Source: a virus | Direction: 5' to 3' (one strand) | IMG/VR virus record: IMGVR_UViG_2857776322_000004 | Location: 10,353-74,352 of that record | Length of the DNA stretch: 64,000 nt | In this document: piece by piece, positions 37,784 through 45,607 of the stretch | How positions within the stretch are numbered: the first letter of the stretch is position 1 | Layout of the letters: each line of letters opens with the position of its first letter | Translations under genes and position numbers: made by a program | The notes under the pieces: generated by a model | Databases searched by the model: none | What the model was told of the DNA's origin: nothing | The model's input: the letters and a program-made list of their open reading frames with translations, nothing else

Positions 37784-38284
37784 ATGACCGCCATCGCCTG
37801 GTCGGCGCGCATCGACATCGAGGGCGCGCCCCACGAGGACGACGTGGACACCGTGCTCGAACAGCTCGCCGCCCACTCGCCCGCGATCGGAACGACCGCG
37901 GCCGGCAACCTGACCGTCCGCATCGCCGTCGAGGCCACCACCGCGCGCCAGGCCGCCGACGCCGCCCTGCGGCTGGCCACTGCGGCGGCCCAGGCCGCGA
38001 ACCTCGGCCGCACCGTCATCGCCGTCGAGGTCACCCGCTGGGACGAGTTCGAACGCGAACTCGCGCAGCCGACCGTCCCGGAGCTGTGGGGCCTGGCCGA
38101 GATCGCCGAGCACCTCGAGGTCAGCCGCAGTCGCGCCGGACAGCTCGCCGCCCGGGACGACTTCCCGCCGGCGGTCCAGCGCATCAAGGCGGGCCCGCTC
38201 CACATCGCCGAGCAGGTGCGCGCCTGGACCGAGACCTGGAAGCGCCGCAACGGCCGCCCGCCCCTGACGGAGACCATCGCCTGA
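37784..38284 (+). CDS. putative antitoxin with C-terminal AlpA/MerR-like HTH
   Basis: C-term LWGLAEIAEHLEVSRSRAGQL..DFP; position after hicA. Confidence 0.7.
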   Translation: MTAIAWSARIDIEGAPHEDDVDTVLEQLAAHSPAIGTTAAGNLTVRIAVEATTARQAADAALRLATAAAQAANLGRTVIAVEVTRWDEFERELAQPTVPELWGLAEIAEHLEVSRSRAGQLAARDDFPPAVQRIKAGPLHIAEQVRAWTETWKRRNGRPPLTETIA

Positions 38285-38308
38285 CCCACCCGATCCCTTG
38301 TCCTGGCA

Positions 38309-38345
38309 CAGTGCCCCCGGCCCGCAATGCGGACCGGGGGCACTG
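38309..38345. terminator. hairpin between convergent genes
   Basis: CAGTGCCCCCGG..CCGGGGGCACTG. Confidence 0.6.
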
Positions 38346-38349
38346 CCGT

Positions 38350-38544
38350 TCACCCCTCGCCCAGCTGCGCCCGAAGATCCGCCGCCTCCCGCTGCGCCGC
38401 AGCGAGATCGGCCATCATCCGCCGGGTCCCCTCGGCGACGCCCTCGTCCCACACCTGCCGCACCAACGCCTCGGCCTGCGCCTGGTCCAACCCGGTGGCC
38501 TGCATGACGCGTTCGGTCAGTCGCACGATCGGATGCTCGTTCAT
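38350..38544 (-). CDS. hypothetical protein
   Basis: RBS GAGGGA; helical 64 aa. Confidence 0.65.
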   Translation of the reverse strand: MNEHPIVRLTERVMQATGLDQAQAEALVRQVWDEGVAEGTRRMMADLAAAQREAADLRAQLGEG

Positions 38545-38676
38545 TCCCTCAGCACACCCGCACCGGCGCGGGGCGGCCACACGGCGGCCGGACGGCGCGT
38601 CCGAACGGGTGGACACGTCCGACGCCCGTGTCAGGCTGATGGCGTGCACCAGCCCGGTACGAGACTGCGAGGAACC

Positions 38677-38991
38677 GTGAGCCGACACGCACGCTGGGAA
38701 TCGGAACGCGCCGACCGTTCGACACCCGCACGCTTTCGACCACGCGCGCAGGTAGACCTCGAGGTTGCGGACGCGCTGGCCCAGGAGGTCTACGACCGGC
38801 GCACCGAACTGGGCCTGAGCCGGTCCGGCTTCGCCGACCGGGCCGGCGTCGCCGAGCGGGTGATCGCGCGGCTGGAGGACGGCCCGCACCTGCCGACGTC
38901 CGCAGCCCAGGCCCGTCTTCGTGACGCCCTGTCCCATCCACGACGAGGCCCGGCCCGCCCGACTCGTCCGCTTCCCGGGGGCCGGGCGTGA
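38677..38991 (+). CDS. XRE-family HTH protein
   Basis: RRTELGLSRSGFADRAGVAERVIARLEDG. Confidence 0.75.
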   Translation: MSRHARWESERADRSTPARFRPRAQVDLEVADALAQEVYDRRTELGLSRSGFADRAGVAERVIARLEDGPHLPTSAAQARLRDALSHPRRGPARPTRPLPGGRA

Positions 38992-39191
38992 GCGGCCCGC
39001 CGCGCGACCTCGATCCCCGTCTCGTCACCTGCGCGGACTGCGGCGAGCCGTACATCCAGGAGTGGGTGAGTATCGGTGCCACCGTCGCCATCACCGACGA
39101 CCCCGCCGACCTCGACACAGTCGGGAACAGGGGGACCGTCCACTTCGGGACGCGTCACGGCCCGTGCGTAGGCAAGGCAGTGACGCGGTGA
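38988..39191 (+). CDS. hypothetical protein
   Basis: GTGA coupling; CADCG. Confidence 0.6.
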   Translation: MSGPPRDLDPRLVTCADCGEPYIQEWVSIGATVAITDDPADLDTVGNRGTVHFGTRHGPCVGKAVTR

Positions 39192-39565
39192 CCGGCGACC
39201 TGATGGTGTTCCTGACGGCGCGGCTGGACGAGCGAGAGCGCTGGGCTCGCGCGGCCATACCGGGCCCCTGGCACGCCGACGGCGGAAGCGTCTACACCAC
39301 CCACCCCACCGACGAAGTCACCGGTTACTGCGGCGGAAACGCCGACCACATCGCAGCCCACGACCCCGCGCGCGTCCTCCGCGACGTGGCAGCCCAGCGG
39401 GCGATCATCGGCTGGCACTTCGTTCAATACGACGTCCCAACAGACGGCACCTGGGTCCAGGTCTGCCGCTGTGGCTACGACGCGCCCTGCGCAACGCTTC
39501 GCCACCTGGCCGCCGTGTATGCCGACCACCCCGACTACCAGGGGGAGTGGCGCCCCACGGAGTGA
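39188..39565 (+). CDS. DUF6221-like protein
   Basis: FLTARLDE..PGPW..HIAAHDPARVLRDV..TLRHLAAVYADHPDY..WRP. Confidence 0.75.
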   Translation: MTGDLMVFLTARLDERERWARAAIPGPWHADGGSVYTTHPTDEVTGYCGGNADHIAAHDPARVLRDVAAQRAIIGWHFVQYDVPTDGTWVQVCRCGYDAPCATLRHLAAVYADHPDYQGEWRPTE

Positions 39566-39602
39566 CTGATCGTAACGAGCGCCGGCTTCTTTCGAGGGCA
39601 AG

Positions 39603-39712
39603 TGCAGCGTTGGTAACGCCCAGGGTGTTACCAACGCTGCATGTCCACGCATCCGTCCACGCCGGGCGATTGCGGAACGTGTCAAGCACCCCGCATTAAT
39701 GCGGGATGCTTG
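39603..39712. promoter_or_regulatory. Two long inverted repeats upstream of DUF3307 gene
   Basis: 15-bp arms 39603-39641; 30-bp near-perfect palindrome 39683-39712 with core CCCGCATTAATGCGGG. Confidence 0.55.
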
Positions 39713-39772
39713 GGCCTGTCCGGCGGGAGCGGCCACCGTGGAGGCCGACACCCACCTGCCCAAGGAGAGCGA

Positions 39773-40219
39773 ATGACCGCCCCTGCCACTCGCTTCGGCG
39801 CCGTCGCAGCCATCCTGCTGGCCGCCCACCACGTCGGCGATTACTGGCTCCAGACCCATGGTCAGGCCCAGGCCAAGGGCAAGCCCGGTGCCGAGGGGCG
39901 CCGCGCGTGCGCCGCCCACGTCGCCACGTACACCCTCGGCCAGGCCGCCGCTCTGGCCGCCGCCGACCGCTACCTCGGCCTCGGCATCCGCCGTCGGCGC
40001 GCTGTGACCGGACTCGCCGTCTCGGCTGCGACGCACTACCTCGTGGACCGGCGGAGGCCCCTCGAGGCGATCGCCAACAGGCTCGGCAAGGGGAAGTTCT
40101 ACCGCGTCGGAGCGGGCCACGGCTGTCTCGGAACCGGCGCCGGCGCGATGGATCAGTCCTGGCATCTCGCCTGGTGCACTCTCGCCGCGGCCGTCGTTGC
40201 CGGGCCCGGACGCCGCTGA
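39773..40219 (+). CDS. DUF3307-like membrane protein
   Basis: AHHVGDYWLQT..AHVATY..ATHYLVDRR..DQSWHL. Confidence 0.75.
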   Translation: MTAPATRFGAVAAILLAAHHVGDYWLQTHGQAQAKGKPGAEGRRACAAHVATYTLGQAAALAAADRYLGLGIRRRRAVTGLAVSAATHYLVDRRRPLEAIANRLGKGKFYRVGAGHGCLGTGAGAMDQSWHLAWCTLAAAVVAGPGRR

Positions 40220-40243
40220 CCCTCTCACCCCCAAGGAGCAGAC

Positions 40244-40540
40244 ATGCACACCGACGACCCGCACACCCTGGGAGCACTCCGCCGGGCCATGGCCGCCTTG
40301 GCGAGCCTCCCGGACGACACTCCCGTGATCCTCGCCAAGGACAGTGAGGGGAACGGGTACAGCCCTTTCGCCGGGACCTCCGAAGGCATGTACTTCGCCG
40401 AAAGCTCCTACGCCGGCAGCCGGTACCTCACTGACGACGAACTCGCCGAGGAAATGGCGCAGCCCGGGAGCGGTTGGTCGGAGGACGACGGGGCACCCGA
40501 GGGGTCCGTTCTCGCCGTGTTCCTGACTCCGATCAACTGA
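40244..40540 (+). CDS. conserved phage hypothetical protein
   Basis: RBS AAGGAG; VILAKDSEGNGYSPF. Confidence 0.75.
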   Translation: MHTDDPHTLGALRRAMAALASLPDDTPVILAKDSEGNGYSPFAGTSEGMYFAESSYAGSRYLTDDELAEEMAQPGSGWSEDDGAPEGSVLAVFLTPIN

Positions 40541-40618
40541 CGGCGTCGTGACCCCGGCGTTCCCTGCGGGCGCCGCGCCCGGTGGCGAGTGCCGGCCTGG
40601 CACCACACACTCGTGCTC

Positions 40619-40903
40619 ATGGACTTCTCCGAGGTCGACGTCCTGATCGTTTTGGACGGGCTGGCCGTTGACGGCACGGCCGACATCCGGGACTGGTACC
40701 CGCCCGGTGCCGAACGTCCGCCGGGCGCACCGGAGCAGTGGTCCGCCTCGATCAGCTCCGAGTACCCCCTGACCGCCGTCGCCCCGGTCGGTGCGCACGG
40801 CGATCTCCACGTCGACGAGACCGGGGCACACGCCCGATTCGAGGTCGTCCAGGTCGCCGACTACACCGCCCAGGTGCTCGGCCGGGGCGACATCACCCCC
40901 TGA
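40619..40903 (+). CDS. hypothetical protein
   Basis: codon bias; start uncertain. Confidence 0.55.
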   Translation: MDFSEVDVLIVLDGLAVDGTADIRDWYPPGAERPPGAPEQWSASISSEYPLTAVAPVGAHGDLHVDETGAHARFEVVQVADYTAQVLGRGDITP

Positions 40904-40939
40904 TCGGCGCAGCTCCGGTCGGTTCGCGCGCTCTCGACG

Positions 40940-41197
40940 AACCTCGTTCCGAGGGTCTTCCGCAACCTCCTGCCCAACCCCCTGCGGAACCCCTTCCGGA
41001 GGGGGTTCCGCAACCCCCTCCCGTGTTCGCCGTCCCGATCGGCCGCACCCACGCATCCGTTCCTGCGCCGGCCTCCGACTACCCAGGTCACAGGGTGTTC
41101 GGAGGGTTCGGTCCGAACGCTCCGAACCCTCCGAAGGAACCCCCTCCGCAACCCCCTCGGGAACCCCCTCCGGAAGGGGGTACGGAGGGGGTCAGGG
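40940..41197. repeat. Two clusters of 12-bp-period repeats, consensus AACCCCCTCCGN, some inverted
   Basis: units at 40940, 52, 64, 76, 88, 41000 (inverted), 41012 and 41138, 50, 62, 74, 86. Confidence 0.75.
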
Positions 41198-41360
41198 GAG
41201 ACGCGCGTCTCCCCGTTCCCCGATCCCCGTACTCCGATCCCCGGGCCCCAGCCCCCGCCCCGCGCACGCACGCGAACCGGGCTGGTCATGTTGCGAGTTC
41301 GACGAACCGGCCGACGGAGGGGGAGGGGAAAACCGCGTGTCCGTCGGCTCGGCGTCGGGT

Positions 41361-41366
41361 TAGAGT
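41361..41366 (+). promoter_or_regulatory. -10 element TAGAGT of Y RNA/Ro60 operon
   Basis: 6 nt before the first base of the first Y RNA stem (41373). Confidence 0.6.
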
Positions 41367-41372
41367 GATGAC

Positions 41373-41443
41373 GTCCAGGTGCGCAAGGCATCGGCTACTT
41401 CTTTGGGTGAAACTACGCCGACCGCCGTCTCCGATCTCTGGAC
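41373..41443 (+). ncRNA. short Y RNA-like element (no tRNA-like domain)
   Basis: GTCCAG/CTGGAC terminal stem; GGTGCGCA..TACTTC..CGATCTC motifs shared with the next two units. Confidence 0.65.
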
Positions 41444-41463
41444 CTCGACAACTTCATACGCAC

Positions 41464-41596
41464 CTCCCGGTGCGCAGACGACGGATACTTCAATCCAACG
41501 GTCGCGGGTTCGAGTCCCGTCCGGTTGCCCAGGTGGCCGGTAGCTCAGGTGGTAGAGCATTGGGCCCTTCCTCCGTCGCCGCTTCGACCTCGGGAG
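41464..41596 (+). ncRNA. yrlA: YrlA-like Y RNA with permuted tRNA mimic
   Basis: CTCCCG/CGGGAG stem; T arm GCGGG-TTCGAGT-CCCGT precedes D arm TAGCTCAGGTGGTAGAGC; adjacent to TROVE gene. Confidence 0.85.
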
Positions 41597-41607
41597 GACA
41601 GCGTCGG

Positions 41608-41747
41608 GGGTGCCCGGTGCGCAGGCCGGGAGTTCTTCCGCTGATAACGGGGAGGTCCCGGGTTCGAATCCCGGCGGACGCGACGTCGTCTGTAGCTCAG
41701 TGGCCGAGAGCGCCTTGAAAGCCCAGCCGCCTCGATCTCGGGCACCC
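41608..41747 (+). ncRNA. yrlA: second YrlA-like Y RNA
   Basis: GGGTGCCCG/CGGGCACCC stem; AGGTC-CCGGG-TTCGAAT-CCCGG T arm, closed acceptor, TAGCTCAGTGGCCGAGAGC D arm. Confidence 0.85.
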
Positions 41748-41788
41748 ACCACGCCGATCCTTCCCCCACCCGCTTGGGGACCGCCACC

Positions 41789-43474
41789 ATGAGCCGCTTC
41801 AACACTCGTTCCGCACGCCCTACCGTCTTCTCGCCCGTGACCACCACTGGGCGCACCACGACGAACCACCAGGGCACCGTTGGCCACCTGCGCGACGCGC
41901 GCAGCGAGCTGTTCCTGCTTGCCGTTGCCAACTTCGTTGGCACGGATACGTTCTACGAGGCTGGCGGCGAGCGCGACGACCGCTACACCGCGCTCGTGCG
42001 CACCGTCGCCGTCGAAGACCCGGCGTGGATGGTCGAGTTCGTGCGGTGGCTCCGCCACGAGGCGAACATGCGCAGTGCCGCGCTGGTTGCTGCGGCCGAG
42101 ACCGTCAAGGGCCGCCTCGACGCCGGCCTGGACCGTGTCCCCACCACGTCGGTACGCACCGCCACCATGTCCGAGGTCGGCGCCCGCACACTGACGGTGA
42201 CGGGCGGCACGGGGTATTCGCGCAAGGTCGTGGACGCGGCACTCGCTCGCGCGGACGAGCCGGGGGAACTCCTGGGCTACTGGACCGCGCGCTACGGCCG
42301 TGCCGTACCCAAGCCGATCAAGCGCGGCATCGCCGACGCGGTCCGCCGCCTGTACAACGAGCGCTCACTGCTCAAGTACGACACCGCCTCAAAGGGCTAT
42401 CGCTTCGGTGACGTCATCGAACTCGTTCACCCGGCACCCGAAGCAACGTGGCAGGGGGAGTTGTTCAAGCACGCCATCGACCGACGCCACAACCGCGACG
42501 AGGTCATCCCCGACGGCCTTTCGGTACTCCAGGCGGCGAAGACCTTGTCCCACCTGCCGGTCGCGGATCGGCGCGCCTACGTCCTGAACCCGTCGCTGGT
42601 CGCCTCCCCGGGTGGCCTGGCCGGCGCGGGATTCACCTGGGAGCGGCTGGCCGGCTGGTTGCAGGGGCCGATGGACGCAGCGGCATGGGCGGCGATCGTC
42701 CCGTCGATGGGCTACATGGCGCTGCTGCGGAACCTGCGCAACCTCGACGAGGCCGGAGTACCCGACGACGTTGCCGAGCGCGTGGCGGCCCGCCTGGCGG
42801 ATCCCGAAGAGGTCGCCCGATCCGGGCAGTTCCCGTTCCGCTTCTACGCCGCGCACAAGGCGGTGCAGTCGCTGCGCTGGGGCCACGCCCTGGAGAAGGC
42901 GCTGCGGGCCTCCCTGGCGAACGTGCCCGCCCTGCCCGGACGCACCCTCGTTCTGGTGGACCAGTCGCCGTCGATGTTCCCCGGCTATCCCTTCTCGACG
43001 GCGAACACGAGCGACATTACGCTCGCCGACAAGGCGAAGCTGTTCGGTTCGGCGCTGGCGCTGCGCGCGGCCGACGCCGACCTGGTCGGCTACGGAATCG
43101 CGAACTACACCGTGCCGTTCCACCGGAGCGACGCCGTCCTGACCGCCATGGGTCGCTTCCACATGGAGGACGGCACCGACACCCCGGCCGCCATCCGCGA
43201 CCACTACAAGAACCACGACCGCGTCGTCATCGTGACCGACGAGCAGACCGGCAACATGTGGACGCGGACCGGGCTCACGGTCGACTCGACCGTGCCTGCC
43301 AACGTCCCCGTCTACACCTGGAACCTGGCCGGCTACCGGACCGGGCACGCCCCCTCGGGGGCGGCGAACCGGCACACCTTCGGCGGCCTGACCGACGCGG
43401 CCTTCCGGATGATTCCGCTCCTGGAGTCCGGCCGAAGCGCGACCTGGCCATGGGAGCAGCGCGCGGCGGCGTGA
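41789..43474 (+). CDS. rsr: Ro60/TROVE-domain RNA-binding protein with vWA domain
   Basis: SELFLLAV..TFYE..WLR.EANMRS..MALLRNLRN..FPFRFY..DQSPSM (MIDAS)..IVTDEQ. Confidence 0.93.
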   Translation: MSRFNTRSARPTVFSPVTTTGRTTTNHQGTVGHLRDARSELFLLAVANFVGTDTFYEAGGERDDRYTALVRTVAVEDPAWMVEFVRWLRHEANMRSAALVAAAETVKGRLDAGLDRVPTTSVRTATMSEVGARTLTVTGGTGYSRKVVDAALARADEPGELLGYWTARYGRAVPKPIKRGIADAVRRLYNERSLLKYDTASKGYRFGDVIELVHPAPEATWQGELFKHAIDRRHNRDEVIPDGLSVLQAAKTLSHLPVADRRAYVLNPSLVASPGGLAGAGFTWERLAGWLQGPMDAAAWAAIVPSMGYMALLRNLRNLDEAGVPDDVAERVAARLADPEEVARSGQFPFRFYAAHKAVQSLRWGHALEKALRASLANVPALPGRTLVLVDQSPSMFPGYPFSTANTSDITLADKAKLFGSALALRAADADLVGYGIANYTVPFHRSDAVLTAMGRFHMEDGTDTPAAIRDHYKNHDRVVIVTDEQTGNMWTRTGLTVDSTVPANVPVYTWNLAGYRTGHAPSGAANRHTFGGLTDAAFRMIPLLESGRSATWPWEQRAAA

Positions 43475-43481
43475 TCGCGCT

Positions 43482-43511
43482 GGGTGGGTGGATCTTGGAT
43501 TCTGCCCACCC
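43482..43511 (+). terminator. hairpin after TROVE gene
   Basis: GGGTGGGTGGA-tcttggat-TCTGCCCACCC. Confidence 0.5.
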
Positions 43512-43573
43512 CGCCGGCACCATGGCATGCCCGTGTCGCGAGCACGCGCAGCCCGATCGGCGAAGGAGCCACC

Positions 43574-43900
43574 ATGGCGGAGCTGTCAGGCAGGTACACC
43601 GGAGTCCTCGTTCCCGGCGGCGACAACTACACGATCGCGCACACCGCCGAGGTGGGTCTGGACGCCATGGACCTCGCCGCGATCGACGATCTTCACGCGC
43701 GTATCCGCGACCAGGTCCCGTGGTTCGAAGTCCCGGTGCTGTCCGGCCGTCACTTCGGGCGTGCCCTCGGCCCTGCCGGTGATGCACAGCTCTACGTCAT
43801 CTCCGACGAGCCCCTGACCGACGAACAGAACGCCGTCCTCGACCGGTTCGCTCAGACCGGCGAGTGGCCGTGGTTCAAGCGCGAGCACGCGGATTCCTGA
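43574..43900 (+). CDS. hypothetical protein
   Basis: RBS AAGGAG. Confidence 0.7.
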   Translation: MAELSGRYTGVLVPGGDNYTIAHTAEVGLDAMDLAAIDDLHARIRDQVPWFEVPVLSGRHFGRALGPAGDAQLYVISDEPLTDEQNAVLDRFAQTGEWPWFKREHADS

Positions 43901-43908
43901 CAGACGAC

Positions 43909-43989
43909 TTGCGGGCGACCGCGAGTGAACATAGTCTCTGCTCTACTGGTGATCTTGCACTCACGGGCCGTCCGCAAGGGCGGCCCTTT
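43909..43989 (+). promoter_or_regulatory. Promoter TTGCGG-N17-TAGTCT followed by GCAA-tetraloop hairpin + TTT
   Basis: -35 43909-14, -10 43932-37; GGGCCGTCC-GCAA-GGGCGGCCC 43965-86. Confidence 0.55.
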
Positions 43990-44010
43990 CGCATGTCCGG
44001 GGGTGAACTC

Positions 44011-44232
44011 GTGTCCCTGGAGCAGTACCTCGTCGACGACAAGGCCGCTGCGGCCTGGACCGGCCGGCCTGCGTCGACCATCCGCCGCTGGGGCCTCGAA
44101 GGCCGCATCGCCAAACACGGGAACGGACGCGGAGCCGTCCGATACGACCTTCGCGAACTGCAACCCTGGAGCCCCGCTAACGGGCCCATGAAGGCCCCGC
44201 CACTGCCCGACCACTTCACCGCCGCGGCGTGA
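44011..44232 (+). CDS. MerR/excisionase-like HTH protein
   Basis: LVDDKAAAAWTGRPASTIRRWGLEGRI..RYDLREL. Confidence 0.75.
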   Translation: MSLEQYLVDDKAAAAWTGRPASTIRRWGLEGRIAKHGNGRGAVRYDLRELQPWSPANGPMKAPPLPDHFTAAA

Positions 44233-44372
44233 CCGCAGCCCCTCGAACCCGGCGCCTCGTACACCCACCGAGGCGGGGCGCCGGCCGATCTCGTGGGTGG
44301 GCGTCCGCGCTCCCGACCTGGAGGCTGTGGCGGCCCGGGTACGTGTCGAGCCGCGCCCGCCCACGAGTTCAC

Positions 44373-44924
44373 CTACTGGCCGGGTTGGACGACCGGCTGT
44401 AGGTTGTCGTGCTCGTCCGTCCGCCACTGCCTGCCCGCGCGGTCCGTGAACGTCACCGTGGGGCGGGAGTTCTCCAGCGTTGCGGTGCTGAGCCGGGAGG
44501 ATTCCAACAGCGCCTTGCGGCCGGGCCCCAGGACCGCCACGGGAGATCCGGAGCGGACGGCCGTGCCCCCGTCGGGCGGGAATACCACAGCGTCCGAGAC
44601 GACGTAGCTCTCTCCGAAGCGGGCATCCAAGTCGGTGATCGGCTCGCTGCTCGCGTTCGTCACCTGGACTATCCACGCGTCGTCGACGATCCGACAGGCG
44701 ACCGAGATGCGCAGTGCCTGGGCGCTGCGCCGATCCTCGGCGTCCTCGATGAGTGCGGACCGTTGAAGTGCGAGCACTTCGGACTGGTCCTGAATGAACT
44801 GCTGTTGAGCGGCGATCTGTCGGCGCTGACTGCGGAGCGTCCAGAACGCGGCCCAGGCCGCGAGCGATGCGCCGATGGCGCCGATCCATGTGGGTGCATC
44901 GCCCCACTCGATGTCGTTGATCAT
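44373..44924 (-). CDS. N-terminally membrane-anchored hypothetical protein
   Basis: WGDAPTWIGAIGASLAAWAAFWTL then coiled coil and beta-rich domain. Confidence 0.7.
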   Translation of the reverse strand: MINDIEWGDAPTWIGAIGASLAAWAAFWTLRSQRRQIAAQQQFIQDQSEVLALQRSALIEDAEDRRSAQALRISVACRIVDDAWIVQVTNASSEPITDLDARFGESYVVSDAVVFPPDGGTAVRSGSPVAVLGPGRKALLESSRLSTATLENSRPTVTFTDRAGRQWRTDEHDNLQPVVQPGQ

Positions 44925-44972
44925 CGGCGCAGCGTAGGGCCGTCCCGCCCACCCGTGGGGGTGTTTGGGGAT

Positions 44973-45248
44973 TCAGTCGCCGCGGGTTCCCCAGGGGCGG
45001 CCCCCGCCGGTTCCCGCGCCCGGTCGGTTGGCGATGTATTCCTCGATCGTGGAGGGGTACCAGCAGGGCCGGGTGCCGAGTACGGCGTCCGGCTCGGGTA
45101 GGACTCCGGGGACCTGGGGGGAGCCCGGCGCGATGCCGTGTTCCCGCCGGTAGACCTTTGCCCGGTTGTGATACACAAGCACGGTGCGGGGTCCCACCCC
45201 GAGGCGGCGCGCCACGGCCGCCACGTCCAACAGTTGCTCGGTCGACAC
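44973..45248 (-). CDS. AlpA/MerR-like HTH DNA-binding protein
   Basis: LLDVAAVARRLGVGPRTV..LPEPDAVLG.RPCWYPSTI..RPG. Confidence 0.75.
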   Translation of the reverse strand: MSTEQLLDVAAVARRLGVGPRTVLVYHNRAKVYRREHGIAPGSPQVPGVLPEPDAVLGTRPCWYPSTIEEYIANRPGAGTGGGRPWGTRGD

Positions 45249-45258
45249 GACCCCTCCG

Positions 45259-45289
45259 TAACCTTGACTCACGTGGTGCGACAAGGTTA
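45259..45289. promoter_or_regulatory. Operator TAACCTTG-N15-CAAGGTTA, copy 1
   Basis: 31-bp inverted repeat immediately upstream of HTH gene. Confidence 0.65.
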
Positions 45290-45321
45290 TGGGGGGCGGA
45301 GTCCGCTCGAGAGTCGAACCC

Positions 45322-45552
45322 CTATTCGTCGTCGAGGCTTTCCCGGTACAGCCGCTGCGCCTCGGCCTCGGCGTCCTCGGGGTCGGACGCGTGGACGGTC
45401 TCCGCCCAGCGGTACCAGCCGTCTGCGCAGGGGTCGGAATCGACGACGGCCGTGTCGACCTTGATCACGGCCGAGACGACGAGTCTGCCGCCGCACTCCT
45501 CGGTCAGGCCGGTGACCAGGTATTCGGTCATGCCGCAGTTGTCACACGCCAT
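45322..45552 (-). CDS. hypothetical protein
   Basis: RBS GAGGAGG. Confidence 0.65.
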   Translation of the reverse strand: MACDNCGMTEYLVTGLTEECGGRLVVSAVIKVDTAVVDSDPCADGWYRWAETVHASDPEDAEAEAQRLYRESLDDE

Positions 45553-45607
45553 GCTTCCTCCTCGGGGGAACGGGCCGGCGCCCGCAGGGCAGGCGCCGGC
45601 GAGGACT

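Noticed and set aside
40940-41197. CRISPR array
   Set aside because: 12-bp degenerate tandem units without unique spacers; no cas genes.
41534-41681. Intron-split tRNA made from the D-arm half of unit 2 and the T-arm half of unit 3
   Set aside because: The acceptor strands (TGGCCGG vs CGGACGC) do not pair.
41500-41720. tRNA genes (TTCGA T loops, TAGCTCAG D arms)
   Set aside because: The T arm precedes the D arm, the acceptor stems are closed by loops and there is no CCA end, so these are YrlA-type mimics.
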